DNA of 64,000 bases from Octopus vulgaris. Taxonomy: Eukaryota. A program made the position numbers and the translations under genes. Below, one piece after another: positions 14,427 to 27,158 of this stretch; the first letter of the stretch is position 1; every line of letters begins with the position of its first letter. The notes below the pieces were generated by a model. It did not search any database and was not told the DNA's origin. It saw nothing but the letters and a program-made list of their open reading frames with translations. The stretch covers positions 40,238,001-40,302,000 of the forward strand of contig OX597817.1 in assembly GCA_951406725.2 (NCBI GenBank), given 5' to 3'.

Positions 14427-15512
14427 GGTAAATGTTGGTTAGTTGGTTGGTTGATTTCTCCAGCCACATTTCACATCGTGTAAAGGGGAGGAGTAAAAGA
14501 GAGAGAGGTACAAAGAGAGTTAACATAAGAAATTAAAGTTAATAGAGAAACATTGAAATTGATTAGCAGAGGCAGTGGGCTGGCAAAGATGATAAAAGGT
14601 TATGTAATCAATGATGTACAATAATGCATATACCATGTTATCAATGAGGAGGAATATGACTGCATTATGGTTCCCCCTATGCCTGTGTTTAACACTCACA
14701 GTATTCCCCTTCTCTTCTGCTCTCCCTTTTTGCACTCACATGAACTCCCTTCTCACTCACCCTGCCAATCCTCTGTACCTTTCCATTTACATTCACCAAG
14801 AAATATAGTTCGGTGGTTAGAGCATCGGGCTCACAATCATGAGGTAGTGAGTTCAATTCCTGGACTGGGTTGTGTGTTGTGTTCTTGAGCAAGAGACTTT
14901 ATTTCACTGCTGATCTTCTTTAAGCAACCTTGCTTGGACTTGTGCCTTGGAGGGGAACTTTCTGGGTGTAATCCCATGGTCATTCATGACCAAAGGGTGG
15001 TCTTTACACTTTACTTTTACTTGTACCTTGAGGGTATGCTCTGACACATCACTACCATCTTCTCTCTCTCCCTCTCCAACTGGGGTAACCATATATCTCC
15101 TCTACAGCAAGACACCTGTTTCTGTCCCCCTGTCATAGTTTAAGCACTCATCACCTGGCACAAAGTCACCTCCCTCAATTCCACACACCCTCCCAGTTGA
15201 GGGAGTCTTTCTCTTGCAAATTACTTGGTGCACCTCATCAGTGCTGATGCCACATAAAAAGAACCCAGTACACTTTATACAGTGGTTGGCATTAGGAAGG
15301 GCATCCAGCTGTAGAAACCATGCCAAAGTAGACAACAGAGCTTAGCACTGTCCTCTGGTTTGCCAGCTCCAATTAAACAGTCTAATCCATGGATGTTAAA
15401 TGCTGATGATGATTAAACAGCATCAGCTGGATGGAATGGAATAATATTTAAAAAATATGACGATAAACCACTGTATGAAATTAGCTTCTGTCTCATTAAA
15501 ATAACCTATTTG

Positions 15513-15903
15513 TTTACTCTTTTAATCTTTTACTTGTTTCAGTCATTTGACTGCAGCCATGCTGGAGCACCGCCTTTAGTCGAGCAAATCGACCCCAGGA
15601 CTTATTCTTCATAAGCCTAGTACTTACTCTATCGGTGTCTTTTGCCGAACTGCTAAGTTACGGGAAAGTAAACACACCAGCATCAGTTGTCAAGTGATGT
15701 TGCGGGGGACAAACACAGACACACAAACATATACACTCACACATACATATATACGATGGACTTCTTTCAGTTTCTGTCTACCAGATCCACTCACAAGGCT
15801 TTGGTCGGCCCAAGGCTATAGTAGAAGACACTTGCCCAAGGTGCCATACAGTGGAACTGAACCTGGAACCATGTGGTTTGTAAGCAAGCTACTTACCACA
15901 CAC
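15513..15903 (-). mobile_element. SINE family A, antisense
   Basis: Reverse complement of 14034-14426 over nearly its full length. Confidence 0.88.
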
Positions 15904-16589
15904 TTTGCTTTTTTTTTCAACACACAATACTAGGACACTGAGTTACAAAAGTTGGGGAACCAATGTTCAGTATGGTCACACAGTTTGCAAGAAATAGCAG
16001 TCAAATTTTGCTCAGATTGCACTCTGTTATCTTAAAAGAAAAGAACACATTATCTAATGTAGTCCTAGATGAACAAAAAAAATTAAAAGGTCATAGTACA
16101 ATTGCCTTTCATCATATATCTGCTCAATCATGGTTGATCTGAGGGTTAAACAACAAAAAAGTTTTTCCTATTTAATTTCACTCTCTATCTTACATAAGTT
16201 TTTTGTAGTGAAATTTCTATGGATTTATAGAACCCTTGATGCCAATATATACTTTTAATAGATTAGCATTCCTTCATTTCTTTGCTATCTCTCTGCTGAT
16301 CTCTCTATCTATATGTATGCATGTATGTATTTGTGTATGTGTATAAATGAATGGATGTGTAGTTGTTTTTTTTCCCCTCATATAATACATCTCTATGCCA
16401 CAATGAATAAGTCCTTTTTTTATTCTTTTTTCATAAGTGTTTTCTCTCTCCTTTCTTTTATATGAATACACACACACACACAACACGCATACACACACAC
16501 GCACACACACACGTACATACATGCGTGTGTATGTGTGTGTAATCTGAGCAAGCTTAATGCAATGTTTCATATATATATTTATAGATAAA

Positions 16590-16643
16590 GATGTATATAT
16601 ATATATATGTATATATATACATGTCTGTATTTGTGTGTATGTT

Positions 16644-16689
<46 letters not shown>

Positions 16690-16755
16690 TGTATGTATGT
16701 ATGTATGGATATATCGATATATGTATATATACGTAAATATATGTGTAATTTATAT

Positions 16756-16794
<39 letters not shown>

Positions 16795-16800
16795 TATATT

Positions 16801-16852
<52 letters not shown>

Positions 16853-16904
16853 TATATTTATATATATACATACATATATATATATACATACATACATATA
16901 TATT

Positions 16905-16936
<32 letters not shown>

Positions 16937-17010
16937 CACATACATATATATATACATATATATATATACTTACATATATATACACACATACATATATATA
17001 TATATGTCCA
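16590..17010. repeat. Compound (TA)/(TATG)/(TACA) microsatellite (similar tracts at 6410-6613, 21389-21585, 39700-39995, 49050-49292, 57410-57590)
   Basis: Seen directly. These tracts generate the YI/IY/HT-rich pseudo-ORFs. Confidence 0.95.
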
Positions 17011-17383
17011 TCCATACACATGCATGTATGTACATGCCAACACAAAACACTTATACATAATTTTTTTTCTTTCTATGGGTGTGTGAGTGTCTACAGCTTC
17101 ATTGACACAACTTTCTTCTCTTCTCGGTTTCTGCAATAACTGTCATTCTGTTTATCAGTCTTGCATAAATGCTGGGTTTGTTGGTGTGTTGTGTTTTTCT
17201 TGTATTTATTTCACTTCTTTATCACCATCTGATTGATTTTTTTTGTTGTCACTTTTCACTCGAGTTTTGTCACTCGTATATATTCATATATTCATGTTGA
17301 AATACATATATAATTACAGAGAACTACATAGAGAAATGTGCTACATAGATATTGTGTGTCTGTGTGTACACATGATATATATA

Positions 17384-17432
<49 letters not shown>

Positions 17433-17590
17433 GTATTTGTGTGTTTCTGTGTGTAAGGCATATATATAAATATAGCCAGGGCTATTGTAAAAGACATTTG
17501 CCCAAGGTGCCAGATAGTGGATTGAACTCAAAACCACATAGCTGGGATGTGAACTTCTTAATCACACACACCCACACACAATATATGTAT

Positions 17591-17638
<48 letters not shown>

Positions 17639-17914
17639 CATGGGTATGGTTGTGTGGTTAGGAAGCTTGCTTCTTAGCTACATGATTTCGGGTTCAGTCC
17701 CACCACGTGGCATTTTGGGCAAGTGTCTTCTGCTATAGCCCTGGACCGACTGAAGCTTTGTGATTGAATCTGGGAGTTTGAAGTTACTGCTGTGTGTGTA
17801 TATGTACGTGTAGGTGCTTGTGCCTCTCTGAAAGAGAGAGAGAGGGATATATATATATGTGTGTGTATATATATGTGTGCATATATATATATATATACAC
17901 ACACACATATATTG

Positions 17915-17964
<50 letters not shown>

Positions 17965-19112
17965 TATATTGTTCATATATATATACACACACACACACAC
18001 ATATATTCTTCATTTCAAATTTTAGCAATCTTCCACACTAGTTGGAAGTATTCTCAAATGCTGCTTTACATTTCTTAACACATATAATGCTGCATTGCAA
18101 ATGGTAAAGAGCTGCTTTTCAGGTGGTAAAGTGCTGCTTATTTGGTTAGGAGGGGCAGGCTTGTTTCTCTATGTATTTATCTATTCATACATTATTATAT
18201 ATTTATTTATTACATGTGGGGTTTTTTGGTTTTCTTTTTCCTTTGTCTTTTTTGTTTTGTTTTTTTTTGCTCTTACAATAATGTATTTCTCTGATTCACT
18301 TTCTGGTTGAAAATGGAAGAGTAAAATATGAATCAAACCAATCACAAAACCATATATTCTACATATTGTTCATGTGTTGTTGTTGTCATTGTCATTGTTA
18401 TTGTTGTATGCAAATGCATGGCTGGATACATACTGAATGTATATTTATGAGTTTACATGCCAAAAAAAAAAAAAGCAGAAAAGCATTAAGTTCCTCTATA
18501 TATATTTGTAGTTGATGTATACAGAGTCTTGTTATATGCATCTATACATGTGTAGCTAACTAGCTTGTAGTTGAAGTAGAGTTTCTTGTCATGTATGCAT
18601 GTGTGTATGTGTATGTAGATAGCTATTCTGTTGAGTGAAATTGTCAGCATTAACATCACTTCATATGCTTCATCATCATCATCATTTTCATCTTAATTTT
18701 ATATCCACTTTCCATGTTTGCATGTATTGGACGGTTTGACAGGATTCAACTGGTATCAATGGCTGGTTACCCTTCTTTGTGGCAACCAATTTACCAAGTG
18801 TACTCGCAGTGTTTGTCACAGTACCAGCACTTGTGATATCACCATGTTACTTGCAAGACTAAACAGACCCCATAATTCAGAGGAACAAGAGGAGAGAAGA
18901 TGGTAACTTCAGGCAAGGTGTTGAGAAATTAAAGTATGATGGAAGAACAGGTTTCATAGTGTGTTAGGAGAGAGAATTGCCTATAGTGCATGAAGTTAAA
19001 CAGCAATTAAAGATAGGCTTCTATTAGAAGTGATAGACGTTTCCAAGAATGAGATGCAATTTTATTCAAGAACCTAATCTTCAACAAGAAGGCATTGCTA
19101 CTCTAACCACTA

Positions 19113-19308
19113 GGCACATGGCCTAGTGGTTAGAGCAGCAGACCCGCGGTCGAGGGATCGTAGGTTCAAATCTCAGCCCGGGTGATGTGTGTGTTTATGA
19201 GCGAAAAACCTAAGCTCCACACAGCTCCAGCAGAAGGTAATGGCAAACTTCTGCTGACTCTTAAACGGCAGTGTATCAGCATGGCCACAGCTCTGAGCTG
19301 AAACTAGA
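19113..19308 (+). mobile_element. tRNA-derived SINE (distinct family), head-to-head with an antisense SINE head
   Basis: tggcctagtggttagagc A-box, ggttcaaatc B-box, and a tail cagcatggccacag...ctgaaact shared with family A. Confidence 0.75.
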
Positions 19309-21385
19309 GAGAGAGAAAAAATTAATAATGATGTTGCATCCCTATAAATTCTGAGTTCAAATACCACCTAGTTTTTAAACCATAAAAGAAAGGACAGGTG
19401 AAACTATACTACAAGGATACCACTGATTGTAGAAAGTGTTCTGTCTCACTTTTGAGATCAATACTTGATAGTGGAAAATATCTGAGATCAGTCTTCATAA
19501 CTCGAAAATGTTTGTGCTTTAGACAGTGAAAACAACTGCTCAAGGTTAAAATATTTATTGGTTTTTAAACTACAAACAAAAGGACAGATGAAACTATGCA
19601 ACAACGAACAGCATCCATACAGTTGTTCTTTGTACATCTTCATTCACCAGGCTAACTTCCATTCTCTCTTCATTTGTTTTAAAATATCGTATGTCTACTC
19701 TTTTTATTAAGACATAAATCAAAATAATTTCACAATATTACATCTGACCTGCCATCCTCCATACAATGATATCTCAAAATTGTCTTGTAATTATGGCTCC
19801 ATTGAAACCAACAGATCTGGAAAATCATTGAAATCATAAGAATCACCAATAGTGGCTGAACACAAAGCACAAATCACAACACACATCCGAACAAGTCAGA
19901 AGCAAAATTATCATGTGTGCTTGTTTTGGGTTATATTTTCTGGTTTTTGTTGGGGTTTTTTTTTAACAAATTGAATTACATTGTAATTTTAAACATTTGA
20001 TTTCTATTCGTTTCCTTCAGAATTCTAATACAAAAGATATATTTGTTCTAGTTGTTAAGCCAAATTTTTGTGATTCAGCCAGAATTTGTTATAATAAGAT
20101 TTCCTGATGATGTTTTTGCTTGGAAAAAAAATTGCCTGAAGTTCTACATTATTCACTTGCTAGATATTTAATATTGTGGTAACAGTAGTCATGATTGTCA
20201 AGGTTGTAGTAGTGGTGGTTTTGGTACTGGGTGCAATAGAGCTATTGTCATAGTGACAACATTCGAGATGATTGTAGTAGTGATATTTTGTTATTGGGGT
20301 AATATAGTTACATTGATTATATTGATGATAGTTGTAATGCGATGACTGCGATGACTGCGATGAATAGTGGTTATGGTAACTGCATGAATGATGGTTGTGA
20401 TGGTGGTAGTTAAGGTAGTAAGGACAGTCTTGTCAGAATTGTCTGCTGTTGAGGTAGATATGAACTCTTGTTTTATATGATCGTAGTCTAATAATTTTTA
20501 TTAACATGTTCATTCGACCTCTGCTCTCTCTCTCTGCTCATTAATGCTTAATCTTCTACATCACTCATGCACAACATTTTGCTGTCTGTATTGCATATAG
20601 CACTCTGGGATTTGATGTATAGATCATCGCGATTATTAAACAATATTTATTTATTAATAAGCTAAGTGGTAACTTAGTAAACATGAGTGGGAGGAGAAGA
20701 AGATGAAGAAGAAGAAAGTCAATAATACGAGTGCAAGATTGAAAATTCAACTATCAATAAAAACTTTTGTTTCCATTTCATTATACTTAATTAATATGTT
20801 TTTGACCGATGGATTTCTGAGTGATTATTGGTTGACAGAAAACGCACAGAAGTTTATTGAACATACATACTCACAAACATTATATTATATGATATATAAT
20901 AAATATTGTGTGTTTCTGCATGCATAATATGTATATATATATATACACACACACATGTATATATGTATTCATGATATATTCAATGAAGTTGTTGCAACAA
21001 TATCTAGTGATGTTCCAGTATGGCCATGGTTCTTGAGCTGAAAGTAGTAAAAAAGTATGTGACAAGGTGGGGGATGTCTCTTAATGGACACCCTTATTGG
21101 CCTTAGCTGAGTAAAATTCTACAAAACATCCCTTTCCTAAACAACTGCAATCTCGTGGAAATTACTTTGCCCTATTATTTGAATGAGCAAAAAATAAGGT
21201 ATATTTCTATAGAATTATTTTTTTTTAATCTCCAAGTCTTAATATTATGCTTTGTAGTTAGGAAGCCCCATTGCATAGCTACATCGCAAGAGCAATAAAT
21301 GTACATACCCGTTGCAATAATATCTAAACATTGAAATCTAGGAAGATGAAAACCCAAAACAAAGAAATTAAAAAATAATTCTTTT

Positions 21386-21477
<92 letters not shown>

Positions 21478-21519
21478 ACATACATATATATGTGTATGTA
21501 TATACATATATATATATAA

Positions 21520-21566
<47 letters not shown>

Positions 21567-22001
21567 TACATATATATAGATATATAGAGCAGGCCAATAT
21601 ATTCTGAGGTATTTGAATAACATAAGGCCTAGTTTAAAGCAATCTATACGTCTTTGAACTTCCTTGCATCTTTTCATTTTTCCATTTCAATTATTTTCAC
21701 AACAATTTATTCTATTAAACACAAACACATTTTCTTTTGCAGGAAATACTTTTATTCTGCAAACAACTATTAATTAAATAAGAATTTGATTAGATGTAAA
21801 ATATCTTTTAATATATGAATTATTAAATATTCAACATTATTATTGTTTTCTCATTTGTATGTAATATACTACACAACTATGCATATATGTATGTATGTAA
21901 GTGTTTATATTATATGTATATATATATGTATATACCATGTACATAATATGTGTGTATGTGTTTGTATATATATGTATGTATGTTTTTTTTTTTTTTTTTT
22001 T

Positions 22002-22276
<275 letters not shown>

Positions 22277-22564
22277 TTGATTATGACAATCCTGGGTAGT
22301 TTCTATTAAAATTCACCAATTAAATAATCAAACATTATATCATTATAAGAATGTTAATAAACCTTTCAACATATCCACAGCCTTATTACAATATAGATAT
22401 ATATATTACTTGGAAAAGTATGTGTGGCATTCGATCATATAATAATATAAATAATATATAAATATAGACATATATACATACATATATGTATATGCATGTA
22501 CATATACATATATATGTAGGTATGTACATAAATATGTATGTATATATGCATATATTTATATATT

Positions 22565-22602
<38 letters not shown>

Positions 22603-22878
22603 TGTAGAAAAGAAACTGTTGTGTTTTCAACCCTGTATAAATGAACATTTTTGTACTATAACAAAAGCCACTCTGATGACTAATATTGCATTGTTAGAGG
22701 TGCACTTGACAATAAAATGTCATTTCTGTTTTTGTTATTCTGCTTATAAACAAACCTCAAAATATAGAACACTGTTGTAGTCTAAGTTCTAAAAATTAAT
22801 CCATACATAATTAATTCCATCTAATTAAAAATTCTCAAAATGTTTTCTTTTCAAGCAGAACTATGGTATATGTGTGTG

Positions 22879-22926
<48 letters not shown>

Positions 22927-24387
22927 GTGTGTATGTTTGTGTGTAATAGCCAATGACAAATTTTTGTCACTCCTGTTAGTAAGCCATACCTCTTAGCTTT
23001 ATCTTCTAGCTAATTCTGCTTTGAATGCTTACAATGAACATCTCTCATTCCTTTCAAATCTTTTTTTACCAAATCAAATCTGTTTAGCACATATATTAAA
23101 ATTAAACTAATTATATATTAATCTAAGCACAAACCTTTCCTCACATCCTCTGAAATGCCACAAGTAAGTTACAGCAACAGTGAGTATTAATCTGTAAAAT
23201 TGGCGTATTCTTAATTCTTTAGTAAGTTTTAGATATAAGTATGTTTTTAGGGAAGAAGTAAAGATGATTATTATTTTTAATAAGAATTATAACAAATGTT
23301 TTCTATCAATATATTTTCCTCATTTTGTAAGTATATCTGCTTTGAAATATTGTTTTTCTTAAGTTATTTCTTTGATTAATGTATTTATTTGTTTCCATTT
23401 ACTGATTGAATTAAGAATCGAGTAATATATTACTGCTATTTTACTTTAGGCATTTTTAAATTAAAATTTTGCTCTGTTTCATATTTCAGTAATATTTGTA
23501 AATTAAATGTAATGGAATATCATCTTTTAATGCTGTAAAAGTTAATTTTGAAAAAAACTGAATTTGATATTTTAAGCTTAGCAATAATTTGCTAGTAATT
23601 TACTAAGGTTGTTTGATGTAAAACTTAAATAAAAGATATTGAGTTATAATTTAAGAGAAAATAGTCATTGAAAAGAAACTAGAAACATGGCTGATATTAC
23701 ACACACACCATTCACATGTACTGTAACAAATGCTTAACAAAGTAGCATAATCATGTGACTTCTTACAACAAATCAAATTCTCATAATAATTTGAATACAT
23801 TGGGCACAAATTGAATTGAATGAAGTTTGCTAGCAATGGCCATGTCTTTATATTCAGTGTTCCAGTTATGTAAATACATATTAAAAACTGTATGAAATGA
23901 AATGTTTATATATGTTCATACATGTCTCTATGCAACATAATGATGTTTCCATGAGCCACAAAAGCTTGTGAAACTAATGCTTTTTAGCTGTTGGCAAAGT
24001 CAATAGCGTGAAGCAAATGAGAGAGAAATTTTTCCCCTTGACAAGATGTTAGCCAGTTGGCAGTCACATTTCTAAATATAGGAAATATTCCCAACAGACA
24101 GATGAAATAAAATGGTTATATACAGAATTAAGCATCTCATGCTGAATTGCTTTATAAACCAGTTGCAGATATGGTAGTCAAATATTTTATCCTTTTAGAC
24201 TATTTCACCTTCACATGTATGTATTAAAAGCATGTTAATAACTCAATGAAAAAGCCTCTATGGAGTCACTTTACTTGAAATAGCAGCCAAAATAACCTCA
24301 ACTCATAGCCTACTATTTTCAAGGAAGAGATACATACTGGAAAATATATTTCCTCATATAAAAATAACAAGATGCTTGTGGCTGGTA

Positions 24388-24932
24388 CAAGGTCTGATCG
24401 AAAAGTATTGTTGCTATAGTAATGGAGTTAAAGTATGAAGCTGCTTGGCACAGATTGACCTTGAACTCTGTTGCACTTGCACACCAAGTTATAATGTTCT
24501 CGCTCACTTTTATTGTTTATAGCTGAGCTTGGAAGTAAAGTGTGTAAAGTGCAGTCATTTCAAAAAGAAGATCAAGCTTCAGCTGTACAGGATCTCTTTG
24601 ATTGTGTTGAGGAAGACAAAAGCCTTTTGAAAATTATCATAACAAGTAACAAATTGTGGATTTATGACTATGATCCCCAAACCAAGGCTCAGTCCTTGCA
24701 GTGGAAAACCCCAACATGATTTCAAGATGTTGACAAAATCTAAGAGAATGCAATAAGACAGCTGCTCATTATCCCAAAAAAGAAGTTCCAAGAGTGCTTT
24801 CATCAATTGAAACAATGCTAGATAAAGTGTGTGACTTCTGAAGAGAACTACTTTGAAGGAGATTAAATGCCAAATTGGAGTTTTTAGTTTTCTTTTTATA
24901 GCACCAGTCCCAATACTTTTTGATCAGACCTC
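24388..24932 (+). mobile_element. Internally deleted mariner DNA transposon
   Basis: TIRs aggtctgatcgaaaagtattg / caatactttttgatcagacct. Transposase remnants LKIIITSNKLWIYDYDPQTKAQSLQW and FQECFHQLKQC*IKCVTSEENYFEGD*. Confidence 0.9.
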
Positions 24933-26088
24933 ATGTTTTTTTGTTAGATTTGCAAGATCAGAGATTACTTGGAAAGCATTTAAATCAGACATATTCAGCC
25001 CAAATATTCTACCTGTTTTATATTTAAACTGGCCAGATCCAGCCTCTCACACTAACTCCACAATATCATTCTAAAGACAATCATATAAGCAAAATCTTGA
25101 AGTTACAAGATAATGCATGATTAATTCAAAACAAATCTAAAGAGTTAAACTTTATGACAAAGAAGAAAAATTAAATGCAATTCATTCTTAGAAACAAGTG
25201 AAAAATTTACCTTAATATTATGAAAATGACATTTCAATTTTAACCCCTTTAGTAATTAAACAGGTCATATCCAACCCAAATATTCTACATATTTTATGTT
25301 TAAACTGGCCAGATCTGGCTTTCACTCAAACCTACAATGCCATCCTAAAAATAAACAGAATCATATCATTGAAAACTTGGAGCTACGAAATAATGCTTGA
25401 ATTTATCAATCCAAAACAATGTGAATAAATAAGCATTACATTTGACAGAGTAATCTGAATGCTGAAAAGTTCTATAAAAACACTATCTCATATGTCTCAA
25501 ACACCAGGCTTTGTAACTTAAAATTGATGTATTTCAAGTGATAATAATCATCCTCCCTCTCCTCTTTCACATAATCATCATTGTCATCATCATCTGCATA
25601 ATCATCATCCACATTTCCACTTAGATATGTCAATGGCAAATAAATCTGCATAATTTATTACTAACTGTTTTATTCAATACAACTCCTTAATCGCAATCTT
25701 TTTTCCAATGTTCAAACCACAATCTTCTAGTTGTCTGTCACAATATCTAGTTAAAGCATGTCTGTACTATTTCTCTCTACTTAACATGTTCTATACTATT
25801 CATACTAAGTATGTTATGCTCTCATTTAAGCATTGAACAGTTATTTTATAAACGTTTATTTTTTTCTTCACTATGTTTTCTATGCCTCTATTTCTGTGCT
25901 CTTGGTACATCACTGCTTAATATCCATATTTCTATGCTCATTTCTATTGCTTTTCCAGTATATGTGTATGGGGGAGGGGTGCATGAATGTACATATGTAT
26001 GCATGTGTGGGTGTATATGTGTGTGTGTGTACATAGCAAATATGTATGGCATATATAAAATATTCTATTCTGTTTATCTTCCTTCTAG

Positions 26089-26689
26089 TGGCGACACTTA
26101 TAATGGAAACAAAACTGAGGAAATAAAGAAAGAAGTTGCCAAAAGTGAGACTCAGCCTGCTGACATTGGCAGACCTCCGGTTGCTGAATCAGGTGACTCA
26201 TCAATGCGTTCAAGAGTATTGCCACCCATCACCCCTGTGACACTTTCTAGATCAAGTAGAGAATCGTCTCCAACAAGTGAAACTGTGCCTTCTCCAATTA
26301 TACCAGCAGGACCAAAAATAATGCAGGGTCCAACAAGGAAGAAGAAGAGTTCAGGTGCAAGACAGCTATTTGTCAAAACTCCAAAAACAATAAAATTAAA
26401 GGCCGCTAAAACCCCATTGCAAGATGAAACAGACAGTTCAATAAAACCTGTTGCTCCTGTCCTAATTCCTGATGAGGAAAGTGTTGAATCTCCAGGAACA
26501 TGTTGTTCTTCATTCTGTCGTAGAGCAGTACGTGCAGCTTTACCGCTGCAAATTCTTTTACTTTTATTACTCGGACTAGCATCTTTATTGCCAATGACGC
26601 AAGAGGATTACAGTTGTGCTCTATCAAACAATATGCGGCGATCATTAACATCAATGCTTCATTACACAGACGGACCTCCTCCAACTTAA
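26089..26689 (+). CDS. Terminal coding exon of a nesprin-family (SYNE/MSP-300/ANC-1-like) KASH-domain outer nuclear membrane protein
   Basis: Acceptor tgtttatcttccttctAG. An S/P/K-rich linker is followed by RAALPLQILLLLLLGLASLLP (TM) and [29 protein letters not shown], a canonical KASH with Cys(-23), Tyr(-7) and a PPPX end. Exact orthology cannot be set from this part alone. Confidence 0.93.
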
Positions 26690-26768
26690 AAAAACATATA
26701 TAATTGATTTCACAATTCACATTTTTTTTTTCACTTGTCCATTCTAATTTGCCTGCTGCCTTTTTCCA

Positions 26769-26774
26769 AATAAA
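26769..26774 (+). promoter_or_regulatory. Candidate proximal polyadenylation signal AATAAA (alternatives at about 27485 and 27757-27767)
   Basis: AATAAA 80 nt after the stop codon, followed by T-rich sequence. The motif is common by chance in AT-rich DNA. Confidence 0.3.
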
Positions 26775-26864
26775 TATTCATATTATTTGTTTTAACTCAT
26801 CCTTCCACTGTCTGTATGTATGTCGACATACTGAAATTTTTGAAAAATTTTATCAGTCTTAAAT

Positions 26865-26938
26865 ACAACAAAAGCAAACCGTTCCATGATAAAAAATTTG
26901 CTAATTTTTTTATTATAAAATCATTACATGTGTATTCC

Positions 26939-26976
<38 letters not shown>

Positions 26977-27069
26977 TTTATTGATCTTTGATGCAACAAA
27001 AAAATGACAAACTGTTCCATGATAAAAATTTGCTAATTTTTTTATTATAAAATCATTACATTTGTATTC

Positions 27070-27113
<44 letters not shown>

Positions 27114-27158
27114 GTTTTATTGATCTTTAATGCAACAAAAAATGACAAACCGTTCCAT
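26865..27158 (+). repeat. Tandem duplication of about 135-140 bp (about 2.2 units, each with a (TA)n tract) in the 3'UTR region
   Basis: gttccatgataaaaatttgctaatttttttattataaaatcattaca...aaagttttattgatcttt occurs twice, with a third partial caaaccgttccat. Confidence 0.85.

Noticed and set aside
16591-17139. YI/IY/HT/CV-rich ORFs here and at 6.3, 21-22, 39.5 and 57 kb
   Set aside because: They are translations of microsatellites that lack stop codons.
20601-20622. Alternative terminal exon TLGFDV* after ttgcatatAG
   Set aside because: The phase fits but the acceptor is ordinary and nothing else supports it; expected by chance.
25811-26088. N-terminal part of the 292-aa ORF as coding sequence
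   Set aside because: It is intronic T-rich and (TG)n sequence that happens to be open. A clear acceptor lies at 26088.
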